Counted from the first letter of the stretch, positions 13,745 through 27,085 are shown. The stretch: 64,000 nucleotides of DNA from Octopus vulgaris (GCA_951406725.2 OX597818.1:101990001-102054000), one strand, 5' to 3'. Notes: generated from the sequence alone by a model not told the origin. Translations and numbers: made by a program.

Positions 13745-16568
13745 GTAATTCTTTATTTTGCACTACGGCCATAACATAGAGGAGGCAGCAGAAGGACAGA
13801 TAGAACACCACAGTGGGGACAAAAACATAAAACAAATGAAAAGTGGAAAATATAAAAAATAACAAAATTAATGATGATGAAATGGTTGCATTGAGCCCCA
13901 CTCTCAGGTAGTACCATTTAACAATTAAATTATACAATTTAACAAATCTTTCTTACGCTCTTTTCTTTCTTTTAGCATCGTTTATTTTTTTATTTTTGAA
14001 AGACTATTTTTTCTCATATTTTGAAGAAAAACTTTTACTTACTATACTCTTTTTAACAGTTCTTTAAGGATTTCAAATCTTCAAACTTCAAAACCGGTCG
14101 TAATTCGTCGAATTCAATTTCTAACCCTCACGAGTCTATACTACTTCCTAGCAGTTCATTCAGTTTCTCATATTTTCTGAATATTTCTCTGGTGGTAACC
14201 TAATTCGTATGATCCCTTTAAACTTCGTGATCTTCCGCTCGATTGCCGTACATTTGGCGTATGTAACCATATGACACTTGTTTTTTTCTTCTCTTTTTAA
14301 CATTCTTTTGCTTCAGCGATGGGCCTGGGCCGTCCAAGGGAGTCGTTCCATTTCGTGCCTCTCTTGGTTCACAAAAATAGTTCTCAATGTTTAAATCTTC
14401 CACAATCTTCCATTGTTGATTCTGCTGGTGTCTGGAACCTCTTCCGTTTCTCCTCTATCTCAATCTCCTTCATCCCCTACTGGCTCTCTGGTGGAGAGCT
14501 CACCCGTTCTTTCCTTTTCCACCTATTCACGACCGGGAATGGCTCCTCCACTCTATCTTTCTCCCCTTCCGGCACCACCACTTCGGTACTCTGTTCTTCA
14601 CTCTGTTATTTCTGCTCCTTCTCTTTATTATTTTCTTTCTGGGGGCACCTTGCTTTCAAGTGCCCTTTTTGACCACATAAGAAACATGTTGGTGGTCTTA
14701 CTTCCGCCACCACTCTTAATTTGACGTTTTCTGGGAGAATGACCTCCTTTGTGATCTCGTATAAATTTTTTAGGCTTACCGTGCATGGACATCTCGAAGC
14801 CATACCCCCGACAATTAACATTTTTGGTTCTCGTAATCTTTAAGATTTTCACTTCATCCTCCGTTCTGTACATGACTGCTGTCACCAGCCATGCTTTCTT
14901 AATTTCGACGAGTAATCTGCTAATTCTTACTATGGTGACGCGCTTGCCACATTAAGTCGGCAGATGTACGCTTTCCGGTGACATTATCGGCAAAGTGGAG
15001 AGATTTTTCGCATCTTTTTCGTTGCAAAACCTTACTTCCACTGTGTCGTACTTCCTTTCACGCGTATGAAATGTGGTAAATCTCTTTACGTTCTCGAGGC
15101 ACTCCTCTATTGCTTCTATTGGGGCAACTTCTATCTTTTTAGAGGACGTGGATAGCTTTATGTACACCACTGTCCTCTTCGCCACATGGTTAGTCTGTTC
15201 TTCCGTTGGAGTCAGCCTCAAACTGGCTCCTTCTGTTTCTAGTAATTGACTGCCCCCCTCCACTTTCTTGTCTTTGTCTGAAATTCTCGTTATTCCAGGG
15301 TGTTGTTAGATACTCCTTTAATCGCGGCTGATGCGTAACTGCCAGCTGGTTCACGTTCCATCTCTCCTTTCTTTACCACTTCACCTAACAGCCAAAAACA
15401 GCAACAATAGTTCAAGCTTCAACAAATTTAACAGATCCAAGTTCCACCCACACAGGGGAGACCTTCGAGAAGTATAAGAATCAAACGGCTTACTCCGTAA
15501 TCACAGGTGATTTGACCAAAAATATTACTAACGCAAAAAAAAAAAATTCCTCGAGGACTGACCCTCCTTGCTGTGCCTGTCCACTATTCATCAGTAGGGG
15601 ACCAGCACACTTCTCACTTGGAGATGTCCGCTACAGCACCTCCCATTTTCGAGTTTTATTTTTCTTCTTTTATACAATATTATTTGTTTTTATTTCTTTT
15701 TCTTCCTCACACAGAATTATTATATTTTCAACTATGTATTACAACAATCTATTTACAATCGAAATTTTGTTTCCATATTCTATTTATTTTTCTTCCACAA
15801 ACAGAGTTATTTTTTTCAACTATGTATTAAAACAAAATCTCTTTTTTTTCAATAGAAATTTCTTTTCAAATATATATTATTTTTTCACACAGCATTATTC
15901 TACTCCTCAGAATGCCACAGGCAGTACAAGTCTACATTGTTTACCGGTAGAGCTATTAACACAGCGACCTGATTTAAATCCTTCCCACGGACTTACTATT
16001 AGTATTTCTGTCTTCCATACAGAATTATATCTTTCTCTTCAGATTGCCGCAGGTAGTACCAGTCTACATTGTTGGTCGGTAGCGCTACTAACACAAAGCG
16101 ACCTGACTGAAATCCTACATTAGTTTTCCCTGTGTTTACTTCAGTTCTGTGTTAGAGTTCCAGTTTTATCAGATATGTTTTTCTTCAAAAAGCTTTTTGC
16201 AATAGAATTTATATATTTTTCACTCTATATAAATCATTTTTCAATGTATATTTTTCAGATCTGTTTTAGTTCAAATCCTACTTTTGGATTTTTAATATAT
16301 TTCACTGATTGTGGTTGTCGTGTCCGTCTGTATGGTGTGTTGTTCATTTTGATACTCCTACAAGCATTCGTAATCTCGTTACCACTTTTACGACGACGCC
16401 GTTATACTGTCGGTTTTTCCTGGTATGTCCCGCTTTATGCCGTCGTAACTTCGTCGTCTGAGTTACTGGCCCGTACGGCATAAGACGTCAACTGACACCG
16501 CTTGCTGTGTCTGTCCACTATTTATCAGTAGTGGAACAGCCCACTTCTCACTTGAGGGTGTCCACCAC
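13745..16568 (-). mobile_element. L1/Tx1-like element carrying only a decayed ORF1 (HAL1-like or ORF2-deleted)
   Basis: Repeat-containing 5' region 15370-16568, ORF1 remnant, then a non-coding 3' region with AATAAA (13752-13757). No APE or RT motifs follow ORF1. Confidence 0.55.
14090..15361 (-). pseudogene. Non-LTR ORF1-like nucleic-acid-binding protein (RRM-like region + CCHC knuckle), interrupted by stops and frameshifts
   Basis: Starts MEREPAGSYASAA, then ...KYDTVEVRFCNEKDAKNL..., then RPPTCFLCGQKGHLKARCP (CX2CX4HX4C) and a charged tail. Confidence 0.7.
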
Positions 16569-16582
16569 GAAAATTATTATTA

Positions 16583-17690
16583 AACGTTTTATAGCCACAT
16601 TGTACATCATCGAGCAATTTCTCGTGAGGTGTTAATGTTAGACAAAAAATATAAGTTGTGATAGAGAGTCACCCTGGAAAATGTCACATGGAATCCTTAC
16701 ATCTCCAGCATTGCGAAATTCATTGTCACTGTTGAAAATCAGGGTAATATGCCATAATTTCATACCTACAGACAAGAAATTCCGCAGAGTAGGTGCTATT
16801 TTATACAATTCCAATCATTTCTTAACCTAGCTTTGTGGGTGATTATCATAAGCTTTTTTAAAGTCTATCCAGGTTATCCACAAATTGTTTTGTCGTTTGT
16901 GACAATCTTTCAAGATCATCTTCTTCATGAGTTGCTATTCTTTACAACCACAGGACCGACGTTTATATCCTTTTTGTTTATTAGATATAATGCTACTCTC
17001 TATTAAATAATTATAGTTGTATTCAGGCGAGATAGATGTTACTATCTTATATATTGTTGTTAAGCAGGTTAGGGTCTATAATTTTTGGATTATTTGTTTC
17101 TTCTTTTTTTTCTGGAAGTACGAATGCAATGCCATTAACTAGCCAAGGGGGAATCATACTAGGTAATTTCAAAACATTTTTGTAAAGTTATGTTCATGAT
17201 TCTCAGGGAAGGTATTCAACCAGAAGTAAGGAATTTTATCCTTTGCTAGAGACATACATTTGCTTGACTTCCTGGGAGTAGATCTTATATCCACTACCTT
17301 GATACCCTCCTACTTTTGCTCTTCTAAAGAGTCTAAGTCAGGATATATCCTATCGAGCCAAGGGGCATTTTTATTGTGTGTTTTGTCTTCTGACCAAATT
17401 TTATTCCAACATTCCTGCACTTCCTCTTTTGATGGGTTACTTAAAATATCAGTTACTTTAGTGTAACTGATATTTTTCTTATCTTTCTGAAATAATATTT
17501 TGGGTTGATTTTCAACTTGTTGTGCTTGAAAAACCCAACGCGCTTTTAATACCGCGCTGTGTGGGCGGCTTTAGTACATACCTTTTGCTTGATAATTTCT
17601 ATGGTGGTATCGATGTCAAGAATAGTTTTCCAAATGTATTTTTTCTTTCATATTCGGATTGTTGTTGGTTTGATAGTCTTTTAAACATTA
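16583..17690 (-). mobile_element. Internal RT fragment of an R4/Dong-type element, diverged paralogue of 9750-10800
   Basis: Collinear similarity with copy 1 (gagtcaccctggaaaatg, gcagagtaggtgctat, cccaaatt/accaaattttattccaa). Many stops. Confidence 0.85.
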
Positions 17691-17692
17691 CT

Positions 17693-17694
17693 AA

Positions 17695-17770
<76 letters not shown>
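17693..17770. repeat. (TTA)n microsatellite / LINE tail and target
   Basis: Perfect TTA run directly abutting the 3' UTR of the next element. Confidence 0.95.
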
Positions 17771-19295
17771 GTCATTTACTTTTAATCGGCTTGTTTGATG
17801 CAATCACTTGCCGGGGCACACCCAGCGCTCTAGGGCAAGTGAAGGTTAAGAGTTGTTGAAATATAGCTGAAAGCTTGGGGAGGGTAAGTAGAGAAATATC
17901 TCCATGTAATACAACACAAACATTTACATTGATAGGGTTTTTCTAAGGATGTGGGTAGTACTTGTTAGTACAATCTTTTGGATTTTCTTGAGACATGGTT
18001 CTCCGGGCATATTGTCTAGGTGTTTCTGACATCCCTGTTTTATCATACCTAGGGCACCTACAATAACAGGAACAGTTTTTGTTTTAAGATTCCACATCTT
18101 TTGTATTTCGATTTCCAGGTACTTATATTTGCTAAGTTTGTCAAATTCCTTTACAGATATATTTTTATCTGTGGGGACGCTTACCTCTATTTGTCTGCAG
18201 GTATTTTCTTCCCTGTCTTTAACAATTATGTCTAGTCGATTAGCCTTGATCGTTCTGTCAGTATTGACTGGAAAATCCCAGAGGATGGTGACATTTTTAC
18301 CTTCAACAACTGGCTGGGGATGGTGTTCATACCAGTTAACCGAAGTGCCGAATTTGTAGAGTTTACATATCTTCCAAAGTATATACTGCCCTACCATATC
18401 GTGGCGATTTTTGTATTCGTTTGATGTTAGCACAGGATATCCTGAAACGAGATGGTCTATTGTTTCGTCAAATGTGTCGCAGAATCTGCATTTAGGGTCA
18501 GTACCGTTTCGGAGAACGTTAGCCTGGTAATTTCTGGTAAACAAGCTTTGATCTTGTGCTTCCAGTATGAAGCCTTCAGTCTCTGCTTTCAATCCTGAAC
18601 TCTTCAGCCACTGATGGGTTGTAGCTTGGTCTACATCAGCATTTTGGCTTCGGAGAATATATTGTCCATGCAGGGGTTTCTGGCTCCACCGCCTCTCGAT
18701 TTGATTCTGCCCGTTGTTTTTTGCAGTCTGCTTGATTCGCTTTGCTTGCTTGGTAGCGGTGGTTTCCCGCTCTTCATCTGATTCCTTGACAATAGAATGC
18801 AGCTTTTCGCTGCTTTCGTGTTCGCACACAAGTCGCAGCATCCAGTCTTTTGTACTAGATAGGTACCTGTTCATTCCTACAGTGGAGGTCTTATAGCACA
18901 GCTCTAATTGCATCATTCCTCCCCCCCCCCACTGCTTCTAGGTAGGTACAGGCGGTCTACATCTGCTTTAGGGTGGTGCATGCTCTCGGATGTCAGTACT
19001 TTTCTTGTCTTCCTGTCCAAGCGTTGGAGTTCCGTAAGATTCCAGTTAATGATGTTAAAACTGTACTGGACTACTGGAATTGCCGGGTGTTAATGGCCTC
19101 AATGCAATTTTTGGAGTTGAGTTCAGTCTTCAGTACAAGCCTTATTCTCCTAAGAATCGTTAATAAAGAAATAAGTATTCCTTTCTTATTTTTTCCTTCA
19201 TAGTAGCATGATGTATACCATCTCCTTCGTTGATTCCTAGGTATTTGTAACTTTCTTGTGGGTCAAGTTCCTTGATGGTAGTGTCAATACCTAAT
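17771..19295 (-). mobile_element. 5'-truncated R4/Dong-type retrotransposon (RT C-terminus, CCHC, REL)
   Basis: ORF 17924-18916: CRFC..DETIDHLVSG, ILWDF, ANRLDIIVKD...IEV...KEFDKLSKY, VPVIVGALG. 3' UTR hairpin tcacttgcc...ggcaagtga. Confidence 0.9.
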
Positions 19296-19427
19296 TTAAC
19301 AGAAGCTGTTTGCCTGAGCTTGCCTCTTACAAATCAAGGCCAAAATCCATTCCGATATGATAACTTGAATATTTTTTCTGAGAGCTTGTACTTGCGCTCT
19401 TAGAAGACTACTGCTACTACAACAACA

Positions 19428-19495
<68 letters not shown>

Positions 19496-19582
19496 AACTA
19501 CTACTACTACTACTACTGATGATGGTGATGATAATGATGATAATTATTATTATTACTATCATCATTATCATCCCCATCGTCA

Positions 19583-21344
19583 TTCAGTAGTCTTAATTTC
19601 ATCACGTGCTTTCACTGCACTAGCGAGTGCAGCTCTGTATGCCGTATGTGCTGTGGCTTGTTGTGATGCTCTTATGGTTACTATACTGAAAGTGTTTTAC
19701 TTAGGATGTGTGCGGTGCTAAATATTGCTATATTCTGAATATTATATATACTTGTTATTCCTGGTTTTTCATAAAGTAATTTGTCGTACTGTTTTTTTTT
19801 TATTTATCATATCTAATGCACCTATGTTAGGAATTGCTTCTGGTTTTAGACTCCACATTCGAGTTACCTCCATTTCTAGATTTTTGTATTCTGAAAGTTT
19901 CGCCATTTCTTTTAGAGGAACGTTGTCATCTTTTGGCATTGATAGATCGATCAGAAAGCACTTCTTGATGACCTCTGACAATTATATGAGGCCTATTGTC
20001 CTTAATTTCTGTATCTGTGTGTATTGGCATATCCCATACTGTAGTTGCTTTCTCATGTTCTATGACGTTCTCTTGGTTGTGGCTAAACCATTATATTCTG
20101 TTGTTGTTATTTTATAATGTTGGCATAGCTTCCAATGAATACAGGTCCCAAATCTCTCGTATCTGTGAATATATTCCTTCTTAGCCAGGACTGGGTATTC
20201 AGAGACAATATGTTTTTTTCTTTCTTGTTCGATTCCACATATTCTGCAGTTATTTCTGATGTTTCGTTTCATTATAAGTTTTTCAGTAATTCCTGGTGGG
20301 GAGGCTTTGGTCTTGTGCTGCAATTAAATCTCCTCCAGTCTCTGCTTTGAGACCTGAGCTCCTTAACCATTGTTGGGATTCTGCTTTCTCCATTTCTTTT
20401 GCGTTTAGTTTAACCCAGTATTTGCTATGAAGGGCCTTTTCATCGTTTTATCATGTTCCGTTGCTGTTCCGGTTTGAGTTTGGATATCAGTTGTGTTACA
20501 GCTTTTGTTGCTCCTTCTTTTTCTTCATAGTTGTTAGGTAGTATGACTTCTTGTTTGTATTTCTCAGCTTCCTTAAAGACTGAAAACAGTTTTTAGATTT
20601 GTTCGTGTTTGGTGGCTATTTATTAATTTTCCTTGCTTCTGAAGTAGGTATTTTTGTAGTCCTATGGTAGTTATTTTGTAATAGTTTTCTAGCTCTATAA
20701 GACCTCTACCAACTTCGGTATGTTGTGTATATAAACTTTCAATGTCAGATTTTGGTTGCTGCATCCTAAATCTTGTCATTATATTTCTTGTTTTCCTGTC
20801 TATTTTGATTAATTCATTTAGAGTCCAGCTAAGAATTTTGCAGTCGTAACTTGCAACTTGGACGGCTATTGTTGATAACTATTACCTTGCTTTTCACATT
20901 TGAGCTTTGTTTTCAGTATTAAGCTAACTCGTCTATAGTATTATTCTTTTATATTTTATCTTTCATTAGCGCGTGATGTATCGTATCCAGTTCATTGATT
21001 CCTAAGTATTTGTTTGACTGGTTTTCGACTAATTCTCTTACTTCGTTTGATTTCTCTAGTGTGATGCTGCTACTCTTAACTAGTTTTTTCTCTTTTGAAT
21101 GTTGCTTTGGAACATTTTTCCAAATCAAATTTCTTCTCTATTTATTTGGCAAATCCATGACCTGTCTCTTATAATGCTTCCAGCAGTTTACCATTTGTAG
21201 CATAGAGTTTTATCATCCATATATAAGAGATGGCTGATTGTTTTGCCGTAACAATTGTATCCACACCCAGTTCTGATTGCATGTCAGATAAAGATGTCAG
21301 TGCCAAGCAGAAAAAGTGGAGAGAGCGTGTCTCCCTAGTCTATC

Positions 21345-21347
<3 letters not shown>
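19583..21347 (-). mobile_element. Degenerate 5'-truncated R4/Dong-type retrotransposon, same family as 37098
   Basis: Pieces KKCFLIDLSMPKDDNVPLKEMAKLSEY, CRICGIEQERKKHIVSE, PKSDIESLY..VGRGL. 3' UTR gtgctttcactgcac matches 37124. Confidence 0.85.

Positions 21348-21348
<1 letters not shown>

Positions 21349-21432
<84 letters not shown>
21349..21432. repeat. (TTA)n microsatellite / LINE tail and target
   Basis: Perfect TTA run between two LINE fragments. Confidence 0.95.
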
Positions 21433-21434
<2 letters not shown>

Positions 21435-22910
21435 ATCATTTATTGCCTTTGAACAGCTTTTAACGCTGGAGAAGTACTACAGTGTCAGCTGTTCACTACC
21501 AGTGAACTAAGGTAACACCTCTTATTTTTCCGAGCACCTTCCGGAGTATTCTAGCGGTTCCAAGCAGTGCCGTTTTCTGCAAGTGGTCCACCCTTATTGC
21601 AGTACCTATTTGTTCCACGTGCTTCTCGAGAGTTTTGCTCACTGTTCCCAGGGCTCCAACAATTTTTGGTACAACTGCTACCTCTTTCATCGGCTACAAC
21701 TGCTTAACTTCCCAAACTAACCTGTCATATCTCTCGACTCTTCTTTCGTCTTTATCGCATACATTGTTGTCAGCCGGGCATGCTATGTCTATGATCCAGC
21801 ATAGTTTGTTTTCTTTCTCAAATAATACTATGTCCGGCTTCTTATTCTCAATATCCTGGTCGCACTGAATCACAAAATCCCATAGGATCTTTACATTTCT
21901 ATTTTCGACAATGACTTCAAGTTTGTGGTCATGCCAATTTGTTGCTGTCAAGTCCATACTCGTTGCAAAGTGTCCAATGGACAAGCCTCGCTATATTGTC
22001 GTGGCGTCTATTATATTCCTTCTGGGCTAATGGCGTAAATTGGCTGATAATATACCATACGATTTCACCGTTTTGTCCACAGATTCTGCACTTATCACTT
22101 TCTGATGTGTTGTCACTTCTGTATTTTATGTAGTTTGTTCTTGGTGCTTGCCCTTTGGCAGCACCAACTAGAGCCTCCGTTTCCGGTTTTAAATCACTTT
22201 TAGTCATCCACATCCATCTTTTTTCTCTGCCTGTTTTATCTTCATCATACCTATGAAATTGAACATGCATTCTTTTCTTTACCCACCTATTTTCAGTTTC
22301 AATCAATTTCAATTTCTTTTATAGTACCTTATCTTTGCAATCTTTCATCCTACACAAGCCTGACCTTCTAGTAATAGTGGTTCTATGGCGTTTTTACACA
22401 CCATGCTATATCGTTTTCTTCTGCTCTAATGCTGAGTTGGCGTCCAATAAGTCCTCTTCCCCCTCTCTTTCTTGGTACATACAAACTGTCTGTGTCACTT
22501 CTTGGGTGGAGTGACCCATATCTAGTTCGTAACTTTCTTGTCTTTCTGTCTAAGCTGTTTAGTTCGTCGACTGGCCATGCGATTACTCTTGCTCCATATC
22601 TAAGGAGTGAAACCGCCTATGTGTTGATAGCTTCGATCTTATTCCGTCCGTTTAATTTCGGATCAGTCTCAGTCTGCGCAAGTACTCCACCTTAATTTTT
22701 TCTGTAATGTATTTCTCCATCAACTTATCCATTTACAAAATCCCCAAGTACTTATAGTCCGTCTCTTCTATCTGCTTCATAACCGCCCCCGACGGTATCG
22801 TTAGCCCGTCCATACATTTGATTTTGGATTTTGCCTCTCTTCAATACTAACGCACCACACTTTCTCAATCCGAACTCCATTCTGATATTATCAATGAAGT
22901 TATACACTCA
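21433..22910 (-). mobile_element. 5'-truncated R4/Dong-type retrotransposon (another subfamily)
   Basis: LKPETEALV, CRICGQNGE, RRHDNIARLVHW, ILWDF...KPDIV...IIDIACP, IVGALG, ALLGTARILRKVL. Confidence 0.85.
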
Positions 22911-24283
22911 TCTGCTTTTGATCGTTACTTGTTATTCTTTACTCTCTTCTCTGTCATTTTTTGCAACATGACTTGACTAAGGCGTTAAGGCATTCAATAT
23001 CCTTTTGATCTGGTTATTTGTGTTGTTTAGGTTGCTGTTTTCTCTGACAGCTGCTGGATTTAGTGTAGCTGTTACTAGTATTGCAACTGTTGCAGTGAAT
23101 TCAGGTCTCTGTGCTGCTGTATTTGCACTGAGTGTTGTTGGTATTGTGGTGATAGTGTCAGCAGAAGTTATGGTTCTATTTCTTTGCTTTAAATAGCACA
23201 CAAGTGACACATTGGCTTATTGCACCGAACGGGCATCTTGAATGTTTGTAAAGCCTGATAGAGTGATCGAGTTCGTGATGGATTTCCTACATTCGTGATA
23301 ATTTTGGATTTATTTATTTTATTACCTACAAGGGGCTAAGAGCAGAATGATCCAATTACAAGACAAACATATACAAGGACAAACTCGGGGAACTTAAAAT
23401 ACACAAGAAGAGGAAATAAGAATGAAAAAAATTTAAATAAACGAATGGTAATATGGAAAGAGTATAAAATGAGGCGCAATGCCCACTCGATCCTCGAAGT
23501 CGAGTGGTTACATTTGGATAGTTTTTTCTCCTTTTCAATGAATATTTATTTTTTTTTTTTTTCACTGATATGTTTGGAGTTTGTATCATTTATGATATGT
23601 TTGGATCAATACGTTCGTCTGTTAGCAAGAGAATTTTTCATTTATGAAACTTCTGAACTTCTGAACTAACAAATTATTAGTTTTATCCGTCAAGACGCGA
23701 GTCACCACAAATCAGAAGATATTTTATTCTGAGGGGACATCAGTAATATTTATTAATAACCTACGGTCAGTTCACAGTGGTATGAGAGTTTGTTGCTCAG
23801 TATTTTGTGCTACCGTGATTGCCTCATGACCTCACACTCAGTAAGGACTCTGCCCTGTTCCGTGTATCATTTGTCCCAATAGTGACACACGGTTCGATGT
23901 CCAAGTTAGATGCGAGGGAATTATATATCTGCTACTGAATTGCTTGTCCTCTTTAACTACTATTAAGTCTTAAGTTAAACTTTCAGATTGGTTTCTTGTC
24001 GGATGTATTTAAGAATGTTTAATTCTAAATTTCGATCAGACATTGTTAGGAATTTATTACATTTTTTTTTAATTACTTCATTCCGTCACAGTGCGTTTCC
24101 AAACACGATTACTTTGATTTTATTAATTGCAGAACTTTCATTTCTGTCGGTAATCTGATGAAACATGGTGAAGGTAGCGATGGTAGCATTGCAGGAGTTC
24201 AAGTACCAAGTCGTACTTTCTTTCATTCATATCCTGCCCTATCTGTCACTGTTGTTTACTGTTATATTGTTATTGCTGTTAGT

Positions 24284-24668
24284 GGGGGCGCAATGGTCCA
24301 GTGGTTAGGGCAGCGGACTCGCGGTCATAGGATCGCGGTTTCGATTCCCAGACCGGGCGTTGTGAGTGTTTATTGAGCGAAAACACCTAAAAGCTCCACG
24401 AGGCTCCGGCAGGGGATGGTGGTGATCCCTGCTGTACTCTTTCACCACAACTTTCTCTCACTCTTACTTCCTGTTTCTGTTGTACCTGTATTTCAAGGAG
24501 CCGGCCTTGTCACGCTCTGTGTCACGCTGAATATCCCCGAGAACTACGTTAAGGGTACACGTGTCTGTGGAGTGCTCAGCCACTTACACTTTAATTTCAC
24601 GAGCAGGCTGTTCCGCTGATTCGGATCAACCGGAACTCTCATCGTCGTAACCGACGGAGTGCTTCCCC
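24284..24668 (+). mobile_element. tRNA-derived SINE S1 (well preserved)
   Basis: A box TGGTCCAGTGGTTAGGG and B box GGTTTCGATTCCC. Body collinear with the reverse complement of 3165-3457. Confidence 0.85.
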
Positions 24669-25259
24669 ATTGCTGTTGATGTTGTTAATTTATTGATTTT
24701 ATTTTTAGTGCAATTATTGTTGGCGTACTCATTTCTATTGTCGCAGTCACTTCTGTTGCTTAGCTGTTCTTGTCGTCGACGATATATATTTTTTTTACTA
24801 CCGATTCTGCTGCGGCTGGTTTTAATTACTTCTGCGTTTTTATCATTGCTTAATGGGAAGCATCTGTAAGAGACTGATCCACTTTCAAAATTTACGTCTA
24901 CCAACAACTGCGGGGTTGGGGGAGAGGAAGACATTTTGAATTGTATTTTTCATGTTTCTTAAGTATTTCTCTTACGAAAAACAAAAGAAAATGCTTTGCA
25001 CCATAGGGCAAATAAGATCAATTCTTGTAAACCTGGACTACTAAGAAACGAAGTATATCAATGAAAGATACAAAACAAGCCTTAATGCAAAAAAAAAAAA
25101 AAAATGACACGAACGCTTTTCGGGGGAGAATGTAATCGATTACAGTGACCATAGTTGGCAGCTGTTAACGGCGACGAAAGGATAAATGGAAATGCCAACT
25201 TTTGCAGAATCTGTACTCAGAAAATACTGAAATACTGCTATATATATGGTATATATATA

Positions 25260-25450
25260 TAATTTTATGTAGAAAAATACATACTGGGAGAAGAACGTAA
25301 AACATTTAGAAGACAATACAAAAAACAATCTTCAGTCAAGAACCGGATCATCGTAGCAATTTCGGCTGATTAATCCTGAGATCGCTCCGATCCGGCCAGC
25401 CCCAAGGAAAAACTAATCTACGAGCATTAGATTTCTTGGAAGAAGGATCG
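25260..25450 (-). mobile_element. Microsatellite-flanked repeat (PLE-tail-like), same family as 48590-48745
   Basis: aatcttcagtcaagaaccggatcatc.tagcaatttcggctgat and gagcattagatttcttgg are reverse complements of 48605-48680. Confidence 0.7.
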
Positions 25451-25509
<59 letters not shown>

Positions 25510-26351
25510 CAATATGTCATATATATATTATATTGTCTTATTTATTATTTATCATACAAATATATGCATGTGTGTGCATATGTGTGTGTATAGTAATGAT
25601 AATAATAATCCTGGGATGAAATTTATAAATATCTTAATGTTTCGCTACGCTCGTTTCCACTAATAATATGTTTCTTAAAGTCAGTCCATAATCCTGGATT
25701 ACCGTGATTACCTGGATTACCGTGATTACCGTGCAGTTAGTATTATCCATGGAAATCGCGTAGAGACTTGTTTTTGCATTCGGGCGATATAGATTTAATC
25801 GATGTGTAACTGAGGGATGTTTAACAATTTTGACCGACGAGGACGTTGATTGGGCTAGGTAGACATTTCTGCGTGCATCTCGTGAAGAGGCGTGTAAGGT
25901 GATGGAAAGATTGGAAGTGGTGGTAGTTATAAGGGAATGGAGGTGTGTGTAGTGATGGACTTATTTTGCTATTTAAGTATGCAAGGTAAATAGTATAGTG
26001 CTTTCTTTCATCTTATTCACAGCAAATCCCTCTTCAATGAATTCAGAACTAGCAGGTTCTGTAGGCACAACCACTACAGCCATCCGGTTTTGGAATTCAT
26101 TGTCTGTGTTAATAAATAATACTTTCCTAAAATGAACTTTTAATCATTTTAGGTGGTATAATGGTATAGAATATTCAAGTAGAGTTTATTTTTGTTACTT
26201 GTTTCTGTACTTCAAGCTGTCTGTAGGAGGTATAAAGAGAAAATTTCAGAATCGATACTGATTTCTGGGGGTAGATGGTAGTAAATCTTTTCCACATTGA
26301 ATTACGATGAGCTGGAAATAGTTGAAGACAATTATGAGGAGCCATTGAAGA

Positions 26352-26695
26352 GTGTTCTCTACTATATACTCGGGTCGACCAAAGCCATGTAAGTTGAAAT
26401 ATATATATGTGTGTGAGGGTATGTGGATTCATGTCTGTGCGTGCGTGTGTGTGTGCATGAGTGGATATATGTGTCTTTGTAAATGTATTCGTCCCCCCCC
26501 CCAACGCTTGAAAACCGATGTTGCGATGTGTAGGTCTCGCTTCTTAGTAGTTCAGCAAAAGAGATCGATAGAATAAAAAGAAAATCAAGTATTTAAAGAG
26601 AAAACATGTACTGGAGTCCATTATTTCGACTAAAATTCCTCTAGCGGCGCCCCAGCATGACCGAAGTCTAATGACTGAAACAAGTAAAAGATAAA
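26352..26695 (+). mobile_element. SINE family S2, 5'-truncated and degenerate
   Basis: cgggtcgaccaaagcc...gatagaataa...ggcgccccagcatg...atgactgaaacaagtaaaag. Confidence 0.7.
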
Positions 26696-27017
26696 AACAG
26701 TTAAGAAGATATATAGTTAAAACATACTGTAAATAGAAAAGATAAACGCAAGCAAGCACGCGTTTACTCAAATGTGCTTAGAGAACGTATATTTAATCCT
26801 AGACAAAAATGGATATGTGGAGAAAAATAAACCCCATATACACACGGCTCAATGTATACTCTTTGAAAATATGGTCAGTCCACACAACATAATCTTATGT
26901 TCAAAATTATGTACACACATAAATGCATAAACGTAGAGACACACATAGAGACAAATAACCCTTGTACTTATAAACATATATATTTATGTGTATTTATGTT
27001 CCTCTACATTTATACGA

Positions 27018-27085
<68 letters not shown>

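Noticed and set aside
15575-15610. CUGAUGA on the minus strand as a hammerhead
   Set aside because: Sits in a hairpin loop with no stem II followed by GAAA; the second copy reads CUGAUAA.
22977-23210. Thr/Ala-rich 77-aa minus-strand ORF as a host exon
   Set aside because: Low complexity, no homology recognised; may be the 5' part of the adjacent LINE.
24150-24175. CTGATGA hits here and at 56795, CTGAAGA at 42537 and 54139
   Set aside because: No compatible stems I, II and III.
24284-24360. tRNA-like sequence with A and B boxes (also other SINE heads)
   Set aside because: Continues directly into a SINE body, and no convincing cloverleaf or terminator; not a tRNA gene.
25693-25734. 18-bp tandem repeat as a CRISPR-like array
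   Set aside because: About two units with no spacers in a eukaryotic context; simple slippage duplication.
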